Origin: Squalus acanthias
Taxonomy: Eukaryota
Assembly (NCBI GenBank): GCA_030390025.1
Contig: CM059432.1
Span: 145,702,001-145,766,000 of the forward strand
Direction: 5' to 3'
Length of the DNA: 64,000 nucleotides
Position numbers and translations under genes: made by a program. Positions 23,029 through 37,180 of the stretch are shown piece by piece; the first letter of the stretch is position 1, and every line of letters starts with the position of its first letter. The notes beneath the pieces were generated by a model. It was given only the letters and a program-made list of their open reading frames with translations. It was not told the origin of the DNA and ran no database searches.

Positions 23029-24064
23029 GGCCCTGAATTTGCGGTCAGTGGCGCTGCTCCCAAAGATCACGACCTCTGTGGCAAAAACATGAGCTTTCTA
23101 TACATTAAATTGATTGTAGTGCTGTCAAAAGGGAATCCCCAGCGGAGATACAGAGAGTGAAATAAAGATTGGGACGTACACATGGGGTTAGGGTAGAAGC
23201 TGAAATATCAAACTTTATTTTTTTTTTAAATCTATTAATTTTCTTTCATAATGGAGAAATTTGACATTCCACAAATATAAAATTCATTCTTCAGGGGCAG
23301 AACAGTTGTGCAGCAACTATGCCGTTAAAACCCCAGTTACACCGAGCCTCTAGTCGCTTGTCACTTTAATTCTCCACTCCACTCCCACTCTGACCTCGGC
23401 CTCTCACACTGTTCCACTGAAGCTCAACGTAAGCTCGAGGAACGGCACCTCATCTTTCGATTAGGCACTTTTTAGCCTTCTAGACTCAACATCAAGTTTA
23501 ACAATTTCAGACTATAACCCCTGCCCCTAATTTTTCACATGGCAGCTGTTGATGATTCTGCCATCCCCATTTGCAACATTTAATCTCTCCTGCCTTCCAC
23601 CCTAGCACAGACCGTCCCTTTTGTTCTTTCCTCCCCTCCCCTCTTTCCCTGCCTCTGTACCTCTTAAAAACCTGTTACATCTCTAACTTTTTCCAGTTCT
23701 GACGAAGGGTCACAGACCTGAAACGTTAACTCTGTTTCCCTCTCCACGGATGCTGCCTGGCCTGCTGAGTATTTCCAGCATTTTCTGTTGTTATTTTTTA
23801 ACTTTTTAATGGTGTGTTTAACAGCGATGTTACAGTGGAAAAGCTTAAGTTTGTCAGTTCAACTGATTTCACCGATTGCCGGCTCTGGGGAGTTCCACAG
23901 CACAGCCTGTGGCAGAGCAGGAAATGACTGACCGCAACTTCAGGATTTCCGTGTTTAGCTGCGCACGCGCTAAATCGTGAAATTTACAGTTACGGTCAGT
24001 TTCAAGAGCGGTAATGATGGCAAACGCTGACAGTTCACCGTCATTACCACCGCAAAATCCGGCC
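23029..24064. mobile_element. MITE-like element with an inserted Penelope fragment (about 23350-23797, plus)
   Basis: Termini GGCCCTGAATTTGCGGT / ACCGCAAAATCCGGCC form an imperfect inverted repeat. Confidence 0.55.
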
Positions 24065-24161
24065 TAGCGAGTTTGGGCAGACTCACCATGAATAAGAGTA
24101 CAACAGAGACTCTAAATTTAAGATAAACAGATTGGGGAAATGGAGCAGGACTGGAAGCGAT

Positions 24162-24438
24162 TGTTATAGGGGGACTGACGTAAGAAAACTACTAGGCACT
24201 TGTTCTAAGCGTTAAACAAAGCTTTAATCAACTGTTTTACAACATGGAGATCCAGCTGTGTCCTTCACTAGTTCCCGTTAAGGAATGTCCTGAGCAAGCT
24301 GGGCCCATGCCGGAGTATTTATACTCTCCCTGGACAGCGTCACCAGCAGGCCGCCCAGTATTACTTCATAAGTCATTTCCACATGAATGACAAGATTCAT
24401 GTCCGGGACCAAGCTTACAAGCCAGTCTTATCCCAGCA
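24162..24438 (-). mobile_element. Probable short solo LTR (277 bp)
   Basis: TG...CA ends, 4-bp direct repeat CGAT on both sides, TATAAA and ATTAAA on the minus strand. Confidence 0.5.
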
Positions 24439-25179
24439 CGATGCAACTTACACGCACCATCACCCCAGCTCCCGGGCAGAGAAAAAAACCCCGAACCTAG
24501 GCCAATTTATGAAATAACCCTGAAGGTGATCACTGTGACTTGTGACACTTGCCCCCGAAGACCCACCAATTTCTACATGTAGAGACGTTTGCCACTCAAG
24601 AACTCATCCAGCTCCCTTTTGAAAGCTTGCAGCAAATCTCCACTCGCTGCATGTTTTCCAGTGGTCAATCACTTACAAAATCTCAGCGTCGAACATAGTT
24701 CCATGCTTCTGTACCTTGTACTAGTCTTCTGGTCCTTCCTAATCGAACCAGCTTAAATAATCTATCCACATGGACCATGTCTAATCTTATTTTAAAGACC
24801 TCAATTATACTTCCTCAAAAGTTTACACTTTTCCAAAGTGAAAAGCCCCAGCTCCAAGCCTGTCCAGATAGTCCTTAAATTGTGGTCTCCAAGACTTTTC
24901 CACAGCCTCTATATCCTCCACCATACAAGGGGATCAAAAGTGGATAGTATTCTAGTTGCAGCCTTACTAGGGGCATTGTCCAGGAGAGTATAGCATTTGT
25001 TTAACATTTAAATTAACCTGGCAATACACCTTATTCACTTTCAAAACAGCCTCAATGACTCGTGCACTACAACCCCCAGGTCCCTCTCCCACTCAGTAGC
25101 ATTTGAGTACACAGCCCTGCATGGTGTCTACATGGCTGTAGTTACCTCTAGCCAGGTGCATCACATTACATTTATCTAT

Positions 25180-28100
25180 TACATAGGATATACGGCACAA
25201 AAACAGGCCATGCGGCCCAACCAGTCTATGCCGGCGTTTATGCTCCACTCGCTTCCGCCCGTCCTTCCTCACCTAACTCTATCAGCATAACCCTCTATTC
25301 CCTTCTCCCTCATATGCTTGTCTAGCCACCCCTTAAATGCATCTATACGATTCGCTTCAACCACTCCCTGTGGTAGCGAGTGCCACATTCGCACCACTCT
25401 TTGGGTAAAGACGTTTCTTCTGAATTCCCTATTTGATTTCTTGGTGACCATCTTCTATTGATGGCCTCTAGTTATGCTCTTCCCCACAAGTGGAAACATT
25501 CTCTCTGTATCTACTCTATCAAAACCTTTCATAATTTTAAAGACCTCTATTAGGTCACCCCTCAGCCTTCTTTTTTCAAGAGAAAAGAGACCCAGCCTGT
25601 TCATCCTTTCCGGAGATATACCCTTGCATTTCTGGTATAATCCTTGTGAATCTTCTCTGCACTCTCTCCAGTGCCTCTATATCCTTTTTATAATATGGCG
25701 ACCAGAACTGTACGCAGTACTCCAAGTGTGGTCTAACAAAGGTTTGATACAAATTTAGCATAACTTCACTACTTTTCAATTCTATCTCTCTAGAAATAAA
25801 CCCTAGTACTTGGTTTTCTTTTTTATGGCCTGGTTAACCTGTGTCACTACTTTTAGTGATTTATGTATTTGTACTCAGAGATCCCTTTGCTCCTCTACCC
25901 CAACCAGACTCGCAGCCTCCAAGTAATGTGACCTCATTCTTCCTCCCAAAATGTAATACCTCACATTTATCTGTGTTGAACTTCATTTGCCAATTATATG
26001 CCCATTCTGCAAGTTTATTAATGTCCTCCTGTAATTTGTTCCAGACCTCCTCAGTATTGAATATCCCCCCCCCCCCAAATTTGGTGTCATCTGCAAATTT
26101 AGAAATTGTGGTTTTGATTCCAAAGTCTAAATCATTAATATAAATGGTGAACAACAGTGGTCCCAGCACTGATCCTTGTGGAACACCACTACCCACCTTC
26201 TGCCACTGTGAATAGCTCCCCTTTACCCCTACTCTCTGCTTTCTGTCTTGAAGCCAGCTAACTATCCATTCTGCTACTTGTCCCCTGACTCCATATTGTC
26301 TGACCTTGTTCATTAGTCTATTATGTGGTACCTTATCAAAAGCCTTTTGAAAATCTGGATAAATTACATCTACTGCATTACCCTTGTCTACTCTCTGTTG
26401 CCTCTTCAAAAAAATTCAATGAGGTTGGTCAAGCAAGACTTTCCCTTTTGAAATCTATGCTGACTATTCATTATATTTTTGGTTTCTAGACGTTCTATTT
26501 TCTCCTTTAGTAGAAGATTCCATTATTTTTCCTACCACCGATGTTAAGCTGACTGGTCTATAGTTCCCTGCACATGTTCTATCCCCCTTCTTAAATATAG
26601 GCATTACATTAGCTATCCGCCAGTCCTCTGGCACTACACCTTTTTCTAATGAACTAAATATGTGTAGTAATGCCTGCCATCGCTTCCCTAGATTCTTTTA
26701 AAATGCGAGGATGTAATCCATCCAGACCAGGGGTTTTATCCTCTTTTGAGTTTGATTAGTTTATTTAATATATCTCCTCTTTTCATTTTAAATGCAGTTA
26801 TCCCATTACTGATCTCATCATCCAAGGTCATGTCCACCTGTTCTATTTCCTTGGTAAATACTGAAGCAAAGTAATTATTTAATATTTCTGCCATCTCTCC
26901 ATCCCTTAGTGGCCCTATTCCCATCCCAACCTTCCTTTTTCTATTCATGTGCATGTAAAATATTTTACTATTTTCTTTTATGTTCCTTGATAATTTAATT
27001 TCATAGTTCCTCTTTGCCTTTCTAATTTTTTTTTTACTTCTCTTCTAATCTCTTCATATTCTCCCCTGCTGTCCATGTAGTGTTTGCTTCTTTCCTTGCC
27101 CTCACTCCCTTATGGTTTTAATCATCCATGGTGTCTCATTAGTGTTTAGCTTTCTTTTTAAGCAGAATATTTATTTTCCTGGACTCTGTTGAACACCATT
27201 TTAAATGTTTCCCATTGCTGTTCTATGTCATTGTTTGCCAATATTGTTGTGCATTTTATCCCCTCCCCCCCCCCTGTTCTATTCTCAGCCCCTCAATCAG
27301 CATTTCTCCAAATCTATTACCCTGGTCTTAGTCACACTTATGTCCTTCTCAATTATCTTAAAGCGTATTAAATTATGATCACTATTGCCTAATGTTCCCC
27401 TACTTTTACTTCTCTTATCTGTTCGAGTTCATTTCCCATTACTAGATCCAATCGCGAATCCTCCCTTGTTGGACTTTTTATATATTGGGTTAGAAAGGAG
27501 TCCTGTACATATTGTAGGAACTCCACTCCCTTCTCCCCTTTACCTACCTCTTCTATCCAATTAATATCGGGGTAGTTGAAATCCCATGATTATTCTTCTA
27601 TGTTTTTTACTCATTTCCCTAATTTGTTTGCATATTTCTTCCTCTACCGCCCTTCCACTATTAGGTGGTCTGTAGACTACCCCTATTAGTGTGATTGATA
27701 CTTTATCTTTTATCTCTAGCCATATGGATTCTATTTCTGTCTTGCTGATGGCTGCTTCACTTTTTTCTACTGCCATGATGTTACCCCTAATACGTACAGC
27801 TACTCCACCTCTCCTTCCCCCCCCCCTCCTATCTTTTCTAAATATGTTATACCCTGCAATGTTTAATTCTCAGTCCTGATTTTTCTGTAGCCATGTCTCA
27901 GTAATCCATACTATGCCTGGTTCCTCACAAACACATGATTGCCTCCAGCACCCCTGTTTTATTATGGACACTGAATTGCTGTAGAGTTTTTAAAACTCAT
28001 TTTTAATAGCAGTTCCTCTCACTTTATTTTTAACCATTTTTTTTTTTTTTTTTTTTAAACACTCCTGTTCTATAACACTATTCCCTGGCCATCAATGTCC

Positions 28101-28430
28101 TCCTTACTTTATTCTTTCCAATGCTCTCCTTTCCGGTTTTGTTTATATTTAGACTGGTTTCATTTCTTGTAGATCCCTCATCCCGTCTTACTAGTTTAAA
28201 GCCTTTGCCACCTCTCCATTTACCCTTTCCGCTAGAACACGGGTCCCATCCCATCAGTACAGCTCCTTCCTGTCCCAGCACTGTTGCCAGTATCCCATGA
28301 AAAGGAACTCCTCTTTCCCACGTGTTAATTCCCGATCGGACAGCTTCTATGCCAATTTGCACGTGGCTCGGGCAACAATCCAGAGATTACTAGCCTCGAG
28401 GTCCTGCTTTTTAAATTTAGCTCCTAATTC
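25180..28430 (-). mobile_element. Degraded long CR1 LINE (ORF1 remnant, endonuclease, RT)
   Basis: ESIW..I..GVVYRPP, DFQKAFDKVPH, GVPQGSVLGP, KFADDTK and RPHLEYCVQFW fragments in collinear order. Confidence 0.85.
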
Positions 28431-31199
28431 CTGATAGTCCTTTCACAAAAACAGGCCTATTCATAGAATAGGAAGCTAGGGAACAAGACTAGGACATTCA
28501 ACCCCATTAGCCTGTTCCTCCATTCAATTAGATCATGGCTGATCTGTACCTCAATTCCATATCCCTCAATACCCTTAAAAATCTGATTGGAAAGCACCAA
28601 TTGACCTTCAGCATCCACAGCCTTTGGTGGTGTGGGGGGGGGGGGGGGGGGGGGGTGGAAGAAGAAATTGCCACTACCCTTTGTGGAAAAAGTGCTTCCT
28701 CATTTCACTCCTAGGTGACCCATGTTCTGGATTACCCCACCAGTGGAATGAGTTTCCTTGTATGAGTTTCCTTGTATCTACTCTATTGAATTCCTGGATT
28801 CGACCATCCATCAACCTTCTAAGATCAAGGAAATACAAACCAAGTTTATGCAATTTATGCTCAATTTAACCCTTTAAGCCCCAGTATCATAATGGTGAAT
28901 CTGCGCTGCACTTCCTCCAAGGCCAATATATCCTTCCTGAGGTGCAGTGCGTAAAACTTAACAGTGCTCCAGATGTGGTTCAACCAAGGTTCCGTACAAC
29001 TGAAGCATCACCTTTGTATTCCAAGCCCCTAGAAACAATGACAAACAAAAGCAATTTATTTGCCTTTTTGGTTAAGTTTTGCACTTGCTTTGTGATGTGT
29101 GCATGGACATGTAAATCCTAGTCTATGAAAAAAAATTCCAATTTGTCTTTCTCAGATCCAAAGTAGTGATCTCACTTCCCCTATCGAACGCCATCTGCCA
29201 CAATTTTGCCGCCCACTCAGTCTGTCCGTCACTTTATAACTTCCTGCTTACATCTACACAACTCACTAACTTATCTGCAAACTTGGATATACAACTCACT
29301 ATTTCTTCAATGTGAAAAGCGGAGGCCCCCCCCCATACAGATCTCTAGGGAACACATCCCACCAGACAATATTCTCTTCATCCATACTGTCTCCTACCTC
29401 CCAACCATTACCAACTCATATCACAAGCACTCATTTTTGGTAATGTCTTGTGCCCATCCCATCTAAGTCTGCCTGCAATCTATTCCTTTCATCCAAGGTC
29501 CTTACACTGCACATCACCTCATCAGAAAACAGAACTTTTGGCAAGCTAAAATGGACAAAAATGTAGCAGATAATCCATTCAATACCAATGCATGTCATTT
29601 AGCTTTACTTAGATTGAAGAGCAATGGTGAGTGCAGTAACTGCTGATGGAAATTTAGTTTACAGAGAAGGGAATAATCAAGAGCAAACCATGACCATAAT
29701 TTCTAGCTTGGAGAGAAAAGCTTGGGTGTGTAAGTTTAGTGCCATTCAAAAATTACTTGTTCAATAATGGGTTGAAACCAGATCAAAAGAAAGCAAGTTA
29801 TTGTACAGATTTCCAACCAAATAATGTGCACTACTGATGCACCTTTCAAAAGTTTACTGTATTTGCTCATTTTTACTCAGGTCAAGGATAGTACTGGTTA
29901 GAGACCCAAACTGTAACAAAGGTCAAAAAGCTAACAATAACAGTTCTTAGCATTGTAATGTGAAGGGAGTGCTGTAATGTGAAGGGAGTGCAACAGTGGG
30001 AGAAAAATCAGTCTTACCCACCTTTAATCCAGAGGACAACCAGCAGCAAAACCTCAAATTCAGGCATTAACAAACAAACAAACCAAGTAGAGAAAGCAGT
30101 TGACCAAGTGTATGGCTGCTAACAGAACAATGTGCTGAATCTCAGTCCTTAGAATGTAAAGTAACCTCTCCCACCAGAACCCAAAGGATTGTAAAGAACA
30201 CTTGCATCACAATTACTGCAAATGTGCAATACAAGGAAGTGTACATTGCTGATACGCAGTAAAGCCTAGACAAAAATCAGTTTATAGCCCCTACAGCAGG
30301 CAACCTACATGAAGTGTATCAAGCGCAGAGACGGGTAGTGGCTCCCAATGTGGGTGGTGAGCAGGAAGGTTCATTCGGCTTTTGAAAGCTATTACATTGG
30401 GGAAGGGTGCCCCATGGTACAAACACTGAAGGAGAGGCCCTTCAAAGCTCCCGAGATATCTGCCCAGTGTTCCTAACCCGTCAGAAAGCTACCCAAACAG
30501 AAAATGCACGTTTTTGAAAAACATTGAAGGCATAGAAGAGGTGAAACCTGCTCCAGTATCGGTTTGTCTACTGTGATTCTTCAATTAGTTATGGTGTTGC
30601 AGTTACTAGGGACCAGTAACCGGAGATTTTTCACTTAATCTCCCACAGCCCATTCAAAACACAAAAACATATCACAGAAATGTCATGTTAGCCAGAAGTA
30701 AGCTGCCACAACTACTCTAGACAGTTATCAAATTGTCATGTAATTAGCTGCAACTAATGAGATTGCTGGAAAAAGTAGAATAGCCACATCACTAGTGGCC
30801 AATGAGATTGCTTAAAAGTAATGTTGGCATGTTTTCAGCAATCACCAATTGGTTCACATTTGAAAATCGAGATATGTCCAAAACCATTAATATTGTGAAG
30901 AGTGATGTGGTTGAAAAAATGTGTTCAATATACACAAGCTCCCTGCTATAGAATTAATGGACATGTGATTTAGTACATTCAATTCTTCAAACTTAAATGT
31001 TTCATCTCAATTTTGAATGCATTTTGGAATCAGACCACAAATAGAATCGTTTAAATACAGGACAGGACACTGTATACACTGCATTTGCACCCATTTATTC
31101 TCTTCAACCAGGGTTTAATCACTCCACATTGTGAAAGCACTTAAAATGATTTGGAAATTTTTGAATTGTATTCAAGTGCTCTTTGTTGACCTGGGTGCA

Positions 31200-31258
31200 T
31201 CAAAGGTGTGAATATTTTAGCATCTTTTTTTTAGTCCTTCCTCTCCTCAGTGCATTCC
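31200..31258 (-). CDS. buc: bucky ball/Velo1 homologue, predicted terminal coding exon
   Basis: Branch-like CTGAC, polypyrimidine tract and TAG|; phase 1; (G)NALRRGRTKKKMLKYSHL* basic tail; AATAAA at 31099-31094. Confidence 0.65.
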
Positions 31259-31755
31259 CTAGAACACAAGGGGAAAAAGGTCAGTTTTACACTTCACTCG
31301 GGTTCAGCATTTTCCACAAAAGGATCAAATTTGTTCTTAAAATAAACCTTTGAACCATCAGAATCTTGCCATTTGGGAACACAAAAGTTGACCACTGGAA
31401 CCAAATTTAAGTTATTCATGAAGTCCCATGGAATTTTCATCTTTTAGACACAGGTACAACCATTAATGTAGATCCCCACCTAGCAATTAACTTCCATCAC
31501 ATGAATAACAAGTTTACTACCCGAGACTCAGATAGTGTTCAGAAGAACATAAGACATAAGCGCAGTAGGTAATTTGGCCCCTCGAGCCTGCTCTGCCATT
31601 CAATAAGATCATGGCTGATCTGATCTTAGCCTCAACACCACTTCCCTGCCCGCTCTCCATAACCTTTGACTCCCTTACCATTCAAAAATCTGTCTATCGC
31701 CACCTTAAATATATTCAATGCAAATGTATAACAAAATAGGTCACAAGTTGATCAC

Positions 31756-31869
31756 CTTGAAAGCCGTGCAAACAGGAAGAATCCCAGGTCTCCATTTCAT
31801 TAAACTCCCGTGTGCCTCTCTTATGAGGGATGGATTTGCAAATGGTTTTGACTTTTTGTTGCAGTTTCT
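31756..31869 (-). CDS. buc: buc homologue, predicted internal exon (114 nt)
   Basis: Acceptor TTTTTTTTTATAG|, (E)KLQQKVKTICKSIPHKRGTREFNEMETWDSSCLHGFQ, donor G|GTGATC (weak), phase 1-1. Confidence 0.6.
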
Positions 31870-33567
31870 CTATAAAAAAAAACAGAAGAGACAATCTCTT
31901 GCATCCTAGTTTATGGGCATCATTCAATTGCATCATAATTCCACTTGTGCAATAATTCACTGGTGAAACATTCTTCAATCTGAGGATAGTTGACAATATT
32001 CTTCATTGTGGCCATCAGGCATCACAGACCAAGCACAGAGCCAGGAGGTAGGAGGTCACAGCCACTCATGCGTTCCATAACCTCAACTCACCAAAAAATG
32101 GCAAGGTACAAATGGACAAACTAGAAAGCCAATTAAAGAAACCAAGTATTTTTTTTTAATAAAAGGATTGCTGCCTACAAAAGGGAATAGGAGTTTTATG
32201 GCTCAGAATAATGCTCTTGGCATCTCACCTAGATATGTACAAAGCCAAAAATTAATTAGTGGCCCAAAATAGTCCTTCCTTTCATTTCTCACACCCCCAA
32301 CCATTTGGGATGGAATCAAAATATTTGGAGAAAGTTTTGTAAAGGAGGAGGATACAAAAGCTTGTTGAAATAGGCTGCTGCAAACCAGTTAACCGAAAAG
32401 GGAAGTTTTAAACCACACAATTCAACTTTACCCCTAAAATTTATTTTGCATAAAATGTATGCAATTTGAATCAATTAGTCTTTCATCAGTATCTTACATA
32501 CCATACATACTGGAGTACTTATTTTTAGGATATTTATTAATAAGTTCAGTCAACAGTAAATTTTAAAAAAGGGGGGTGATTTACTCCAGATAGTTTAAGT
32601 GTTAAAAAGCCTCGGAGATGGCCAAGATTGGGTTTTAAGCTGCAACACCAGTTTAACCGCAGAGAGGCCCGAGGTGATTTAACAGAACAGCAGCAGCAGA
32701 ATTGACAGAGCACATAAAATTGTATAAAGTTTTAGATAAAGTGGATAGGAAGGTCTTATTTTCCTTAGCAGAGAAGTCAATAACCAGGGGGTAAAGATTT
32801 AAGTAATTGGTAGAAGGATTAGAGGGGAGTTGGTGATTTTTTTCCATCCAGAGGGTGGTGGGAGTCTGGAACTCACTGCCTGGTGAAGGGTGGTCGAGGC
32901 AGAAACCCTGATCACATTTAAAAAGTACTTGGCTATGCACTTGAAGTGCCGTAACCTGCAAGGCTACGGATCAAGAGCTGCAAAGTGGGATAAGGCTGGA
33001 TATCTCTTTCAGCTGGCAGACACAATGGGCTGAATAGCCGCCTTCTGTACCATAAATTTTTATGATTCTATGATACAAACACCGAGGAAATTTAAGTAAT
33101 ACAGTAAACATGGAGGAGGCTGGGTAAGTTGCAGGTAAATATCTAGTATTGTGCAAGGACAGGGTTAATTAATAACCTTGCAGTAAAGGAGCCTCTGGGG
33201 AAAGAGTAATCATATGATAGAATTTTATATTGAGTTGGAGAGTGATTTAGCCAAGTCTGAAACTAGGGTCTTAAATCTGAACATAAACTACGTAGGTACG
33301 AGGGGCGAGTTGGCCAAGGTAGATTGGGAAACTAGATAAAAGACGACGGTAGGTAAGCAATGGCTACATTTAAAGAATTAATTCATAATTCACAACAAAT
33401 ATACATTCCCTTAAGGAATAAAAACCCCACTGGCAACATGGTCCAACTGTCGCTAATGAGAAGTTAAAGATGCATTAGATTAAAGGAAGAGGCTTATAAT
33501 GTTGCCAAAAAGAATAGTAAGCCTGAGGATTGAGGGGGATTTTAGAATTCAGCAAAGGAGAACCAAG

Positions 33568-33616
<49 letters not shown>

Positions 33617-33950
33617 AAGTGTAAACTAGCAAGAAACAAAAAAATTGTAATCGCTTCTATAGGTATGTAAAAAGAGATTAGCAAAAGTAAACATGGGTCC
33701 CTTAGAGGCAGAGACAGGAAAATAATAATGGGAAATAAGGAAATGGCAGGGACATTAAACAAATACTTTGTATCCATCTTCACAGTAGAAGACAAAACTC
33801 ATTTCAGAAATAGTGAGGAACCAAGGGTCTAGTGAGAATGAGGAACTTGACGTTATTAGTAAAGAAATACTGGAGAAATTAAGAGAACTAAAAGTTGACA
33901 AATCCCCTTGATCTGATGGCCTACATCCTAGGGTTTTAAAAGTAGTGGCT

Positions 33951-36900
33951 TCTTCTTCTTAGGCAGTCCCTCGGAACAGAGGATGACTTGCTTCCACATT
34001 AAAAATATGAGTTCTCAGGTGACTGATGAGTCCAATGCAGGACCAACAGTCTCTGTTACAGGTGGGGCAGACAGTGGTTGAAGGGGAGGGGTGCTTGGTT
34101 TGACATGCGCTCGGCTTCAGCTTGCTCCCGGCAAAGAGACTCGAGGTGTTTGGCTTCTCCACTTTGTGCGGTCTTGGGCCAGGGATTCCCAGGTGTCAGT
34201 GGGGATGTTGCACTTTTTCCAGGAGGCTTTGAGGGTGTCCTTGAAGCGTTTCCTTTGCCCACCTGGGGCTCTCTTGCCGTGTCGGAGCTCCGAGTAGAGC
34301 GCTTGCTTTGGGAGTCTCGTATCGGGCATGCGGATGATGTGACCCATCCATCGGAGCTGATCGAGTGTGGTCAAAGCTTCAATGCTGGGGATGTTGGCCT
34401 GAGCGAGAACAGACGTTGGTGCACCTATCCTGCCAATGGATTTGCAGGATCTTGCGGAGGCAGCGTTGGTGGTACCTCTCCAGTGCTTTGAGGTGCCTGC
34501 TGTACATGGTCCATGTCTGAGGCATACAGCAAGGCGGGTATCACTGCTGCTCTGTAGACCATGAACTTAGTGCCGGGTTTGAGGCCCTGGTCTTCAAACA
34601 CTCTCTTCCTCAGGCGACCGAAGGCTGCACTGGCACACTGAAGGCAGTGTTGGACTTTGTCATCGACGTCTGCCCTTGTTGACAGTAGGCTCCCGAGGTA
34701 TGGAAAGTGGTCCACGTTGTCCAAGGCCTCGTCGTGGATTTTGATAATCGGGGGGGCAGTACTGTGTGGCGGGGGCAGGTTGGTAGAGGACCTTTGTCTT
34801 ACGGATGTTTAGTGCAAGGCCTGTGCTCTCGTACGCTTCGGTGAAGGTGTTGACGATGGTTTGGAGTTTGACCTCAGTGAGCGCAGACACAAGTGTCATC
34901 TGCATATTGTAATTCGACAACAGAGGATGGGACGACCTTGGATCTCAACTGGAGGCGACCGAGGTTGAACAGTTTCCCATTCGTTCTGTAAATTAGCTCC
35001 ACTCCAGCGGGGAGCTTACTGAGGGGGAGATGGAGCATTGCAGCAAGGAAGATCGAGAAGAGCGTTGGTGCGATGACACAGCCTTGCTTGACCCCAGTCC
35101 GTACATGAATTGGGTCGGTGGTGGAACTGTTGGTCAGGATCACTGCTTGCATGTCGTCGTGAAGCAGGCAGGATGGTGACAAACTTGAGGGCAGCCGAAT
35201 TTGAGGACACTCCATAATCCCTCATGGTTGACAGTGTCGAAGGCCTTTGTGAGATCAAAGGCAGCCATGTACAGCGGTTGGTGCTGTTCCCAGCATTTCT
35301 CTTGTAATTGACGTGCGGCGAAGACAATGTCCATTGTGCCCCTTAGTGGGCGGAATTTGCATTGCGACTCTGGGAGGAGCTCTTCGGCCACTGGGAGAAT
35401 TCTTGCGATAACTTGCCCTGTGGCAGACAGCAGGGAAACGGCAGACAGCAGGGAAACTCCTCTGTAATTACCGCAATCGGACTAGTCACCTTTCTTGAAG
35501 ATGGTCACAATTACGGCATCTCCAAGATCCCCTGACATGCACTCCTCTTTCCAGATAAATTAGTTCATGAATTCGCGCCAGTAGTGCTTCTCCACCATGC
35601 TTTAGTGTCTCGGCACAGATTCCATCTGCTCGAGGCCTTGTTGTTTTTCCAGTTGTCGGATGGCCTTTTCAACCTCATGCCTGGCTGGGGTTGTGCTGAA
35701 ATGGTGGCGGGTAGCATGCTGCGGGATGGAGTTGAGGACACTCGTGTCGAAGACAGAGTCTCGGTTAAGGAGATCTTCGAAGTGCTCCTTCCAGCGGGTA
35801 CTGACTGCCTCTCCTTGATGAGTACCTCTGTTCTTGGCCCGCAGTAGGGTAGGACCTTGGGCCGTAGATGGTCTTGACTGCGCTAAAGAATCCACGCATG
35901 TCGTGGTTGTCAGCTAGCTGCTGGATCTCCTGCACTTTCTCCACCCACCATCTGTTCTTTAGGTTGCAAGTTTTTTGTTGGACCTCGGCCTTCAGGCGTC
36001 TGTAGAGCTGCTTTCTTGCTCTAGAGTTGTGTTGCTGTTTCCAGATCAGGAATGCCTTGCGCTTGCGGCTTGTTAGCTCCTGGTCATTCTCGTCGAACGA
36101 GTCTTGCTATTTCCTGGTCGAGTGACCGAGCGTCTCTTCACAGGTGCTGATTATGGAGGCCTTGAGTGCAGACCAGGCGCTGTGGACACTGTCTGCATCA
36201 CTGGGAGTCGTCAGGTTGTTTGTGAGGCGCAGGCTAAATAGGGCTTTCTTAACAGGGTCTTTGAGTGCTCCAGCGTTGATTTTCCTGCAGCATTGTTTCT
36301 GTTGCCGCTGCTGTTTTGGGGCTACATTGATGGAGATGACAGAGCGGATTAGGCGGTGGTCTGTCCAGCAGTCGTCAGCTCGTCATGGTGCGGGTCATGC
36401 GGACGTCCTTGCGGTCCCTCGCTCGGACGATGACGTAGTCCAGCAGATGCTAGCACTCTGAGCGATGGTGCTGCCATGAAGCCTTGTACTTGTCTCTGAC
36501 GGAACGAGGTGTTGGTTATGACAAGGCCATGTTTTAAGCATTGACAGGAGGAGGGTACCGTTGGAGTTGGCTTTCCCTACCCCCTCTCTGCCAATCACAC
36601 CTCCCAGAGGTCTGTTTCCTTTCCAACTCTGGCGTTGAAGTCACCAAGGAGGATCAGCTTGTCACCCGTTGGGACTCGGGACAGGGATTGTTCGAGGCTG
36701 GAGTAGAATTCCTCTTTGGTCTCGTCTGTGGCTTCCAGTGTTGGGGCATACGCACTGACAACTGTAGCGCACTGGTTCCGGGCTAGGGTGAGCCGAAGAG
36801 TCATGAGGCGTTCGTTTGTGCTGCTAGGAGAGTCTCAGACGCCCAACTAGTTCATTTTTTATGGCGAAGCCTACCCCATGGCGGTGGCATTCTTCAGGTT

Positions 36901-37180
36901 TGCCTTTCCAGAAGAAGGTGTAGCCACCACCTTGCTCCTGGAGCTGGCCTTCCCCTGCCCGCCGGGTCTCACTTAGGGCGGCGATGTCTATGTCGAAACG
37001 TCTGAGCTCCCGGGCAACGATAGCAGTACAGCGTTCCGGTCTGTTGCTGTTGGGGGTTGTCCATGAGGGTCCTGACATTGCAGGTCCCAAACTTCATTTT
37101 AAAGGGTGGAAGATGCCTCTGCGTGAGGTCCGCACACGGACCCCCAGGGCCCTGACCCCGACCCCGCTGCTGGCCCACGT
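33951..37180 (-). mobile_element. Near full-length degraded RTE-clade LINE
   Basis: GTCNVRTL, DIAALSETR, SAYAPT, LGDFNARVG, FDLTKAFDTV, GVKQGCVIAP, LQYADD, RLPKQALYSEL and a C-terminal C2H2-like motif; (GAA)n tail at about 33951-33960. Confidence 0.9.
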
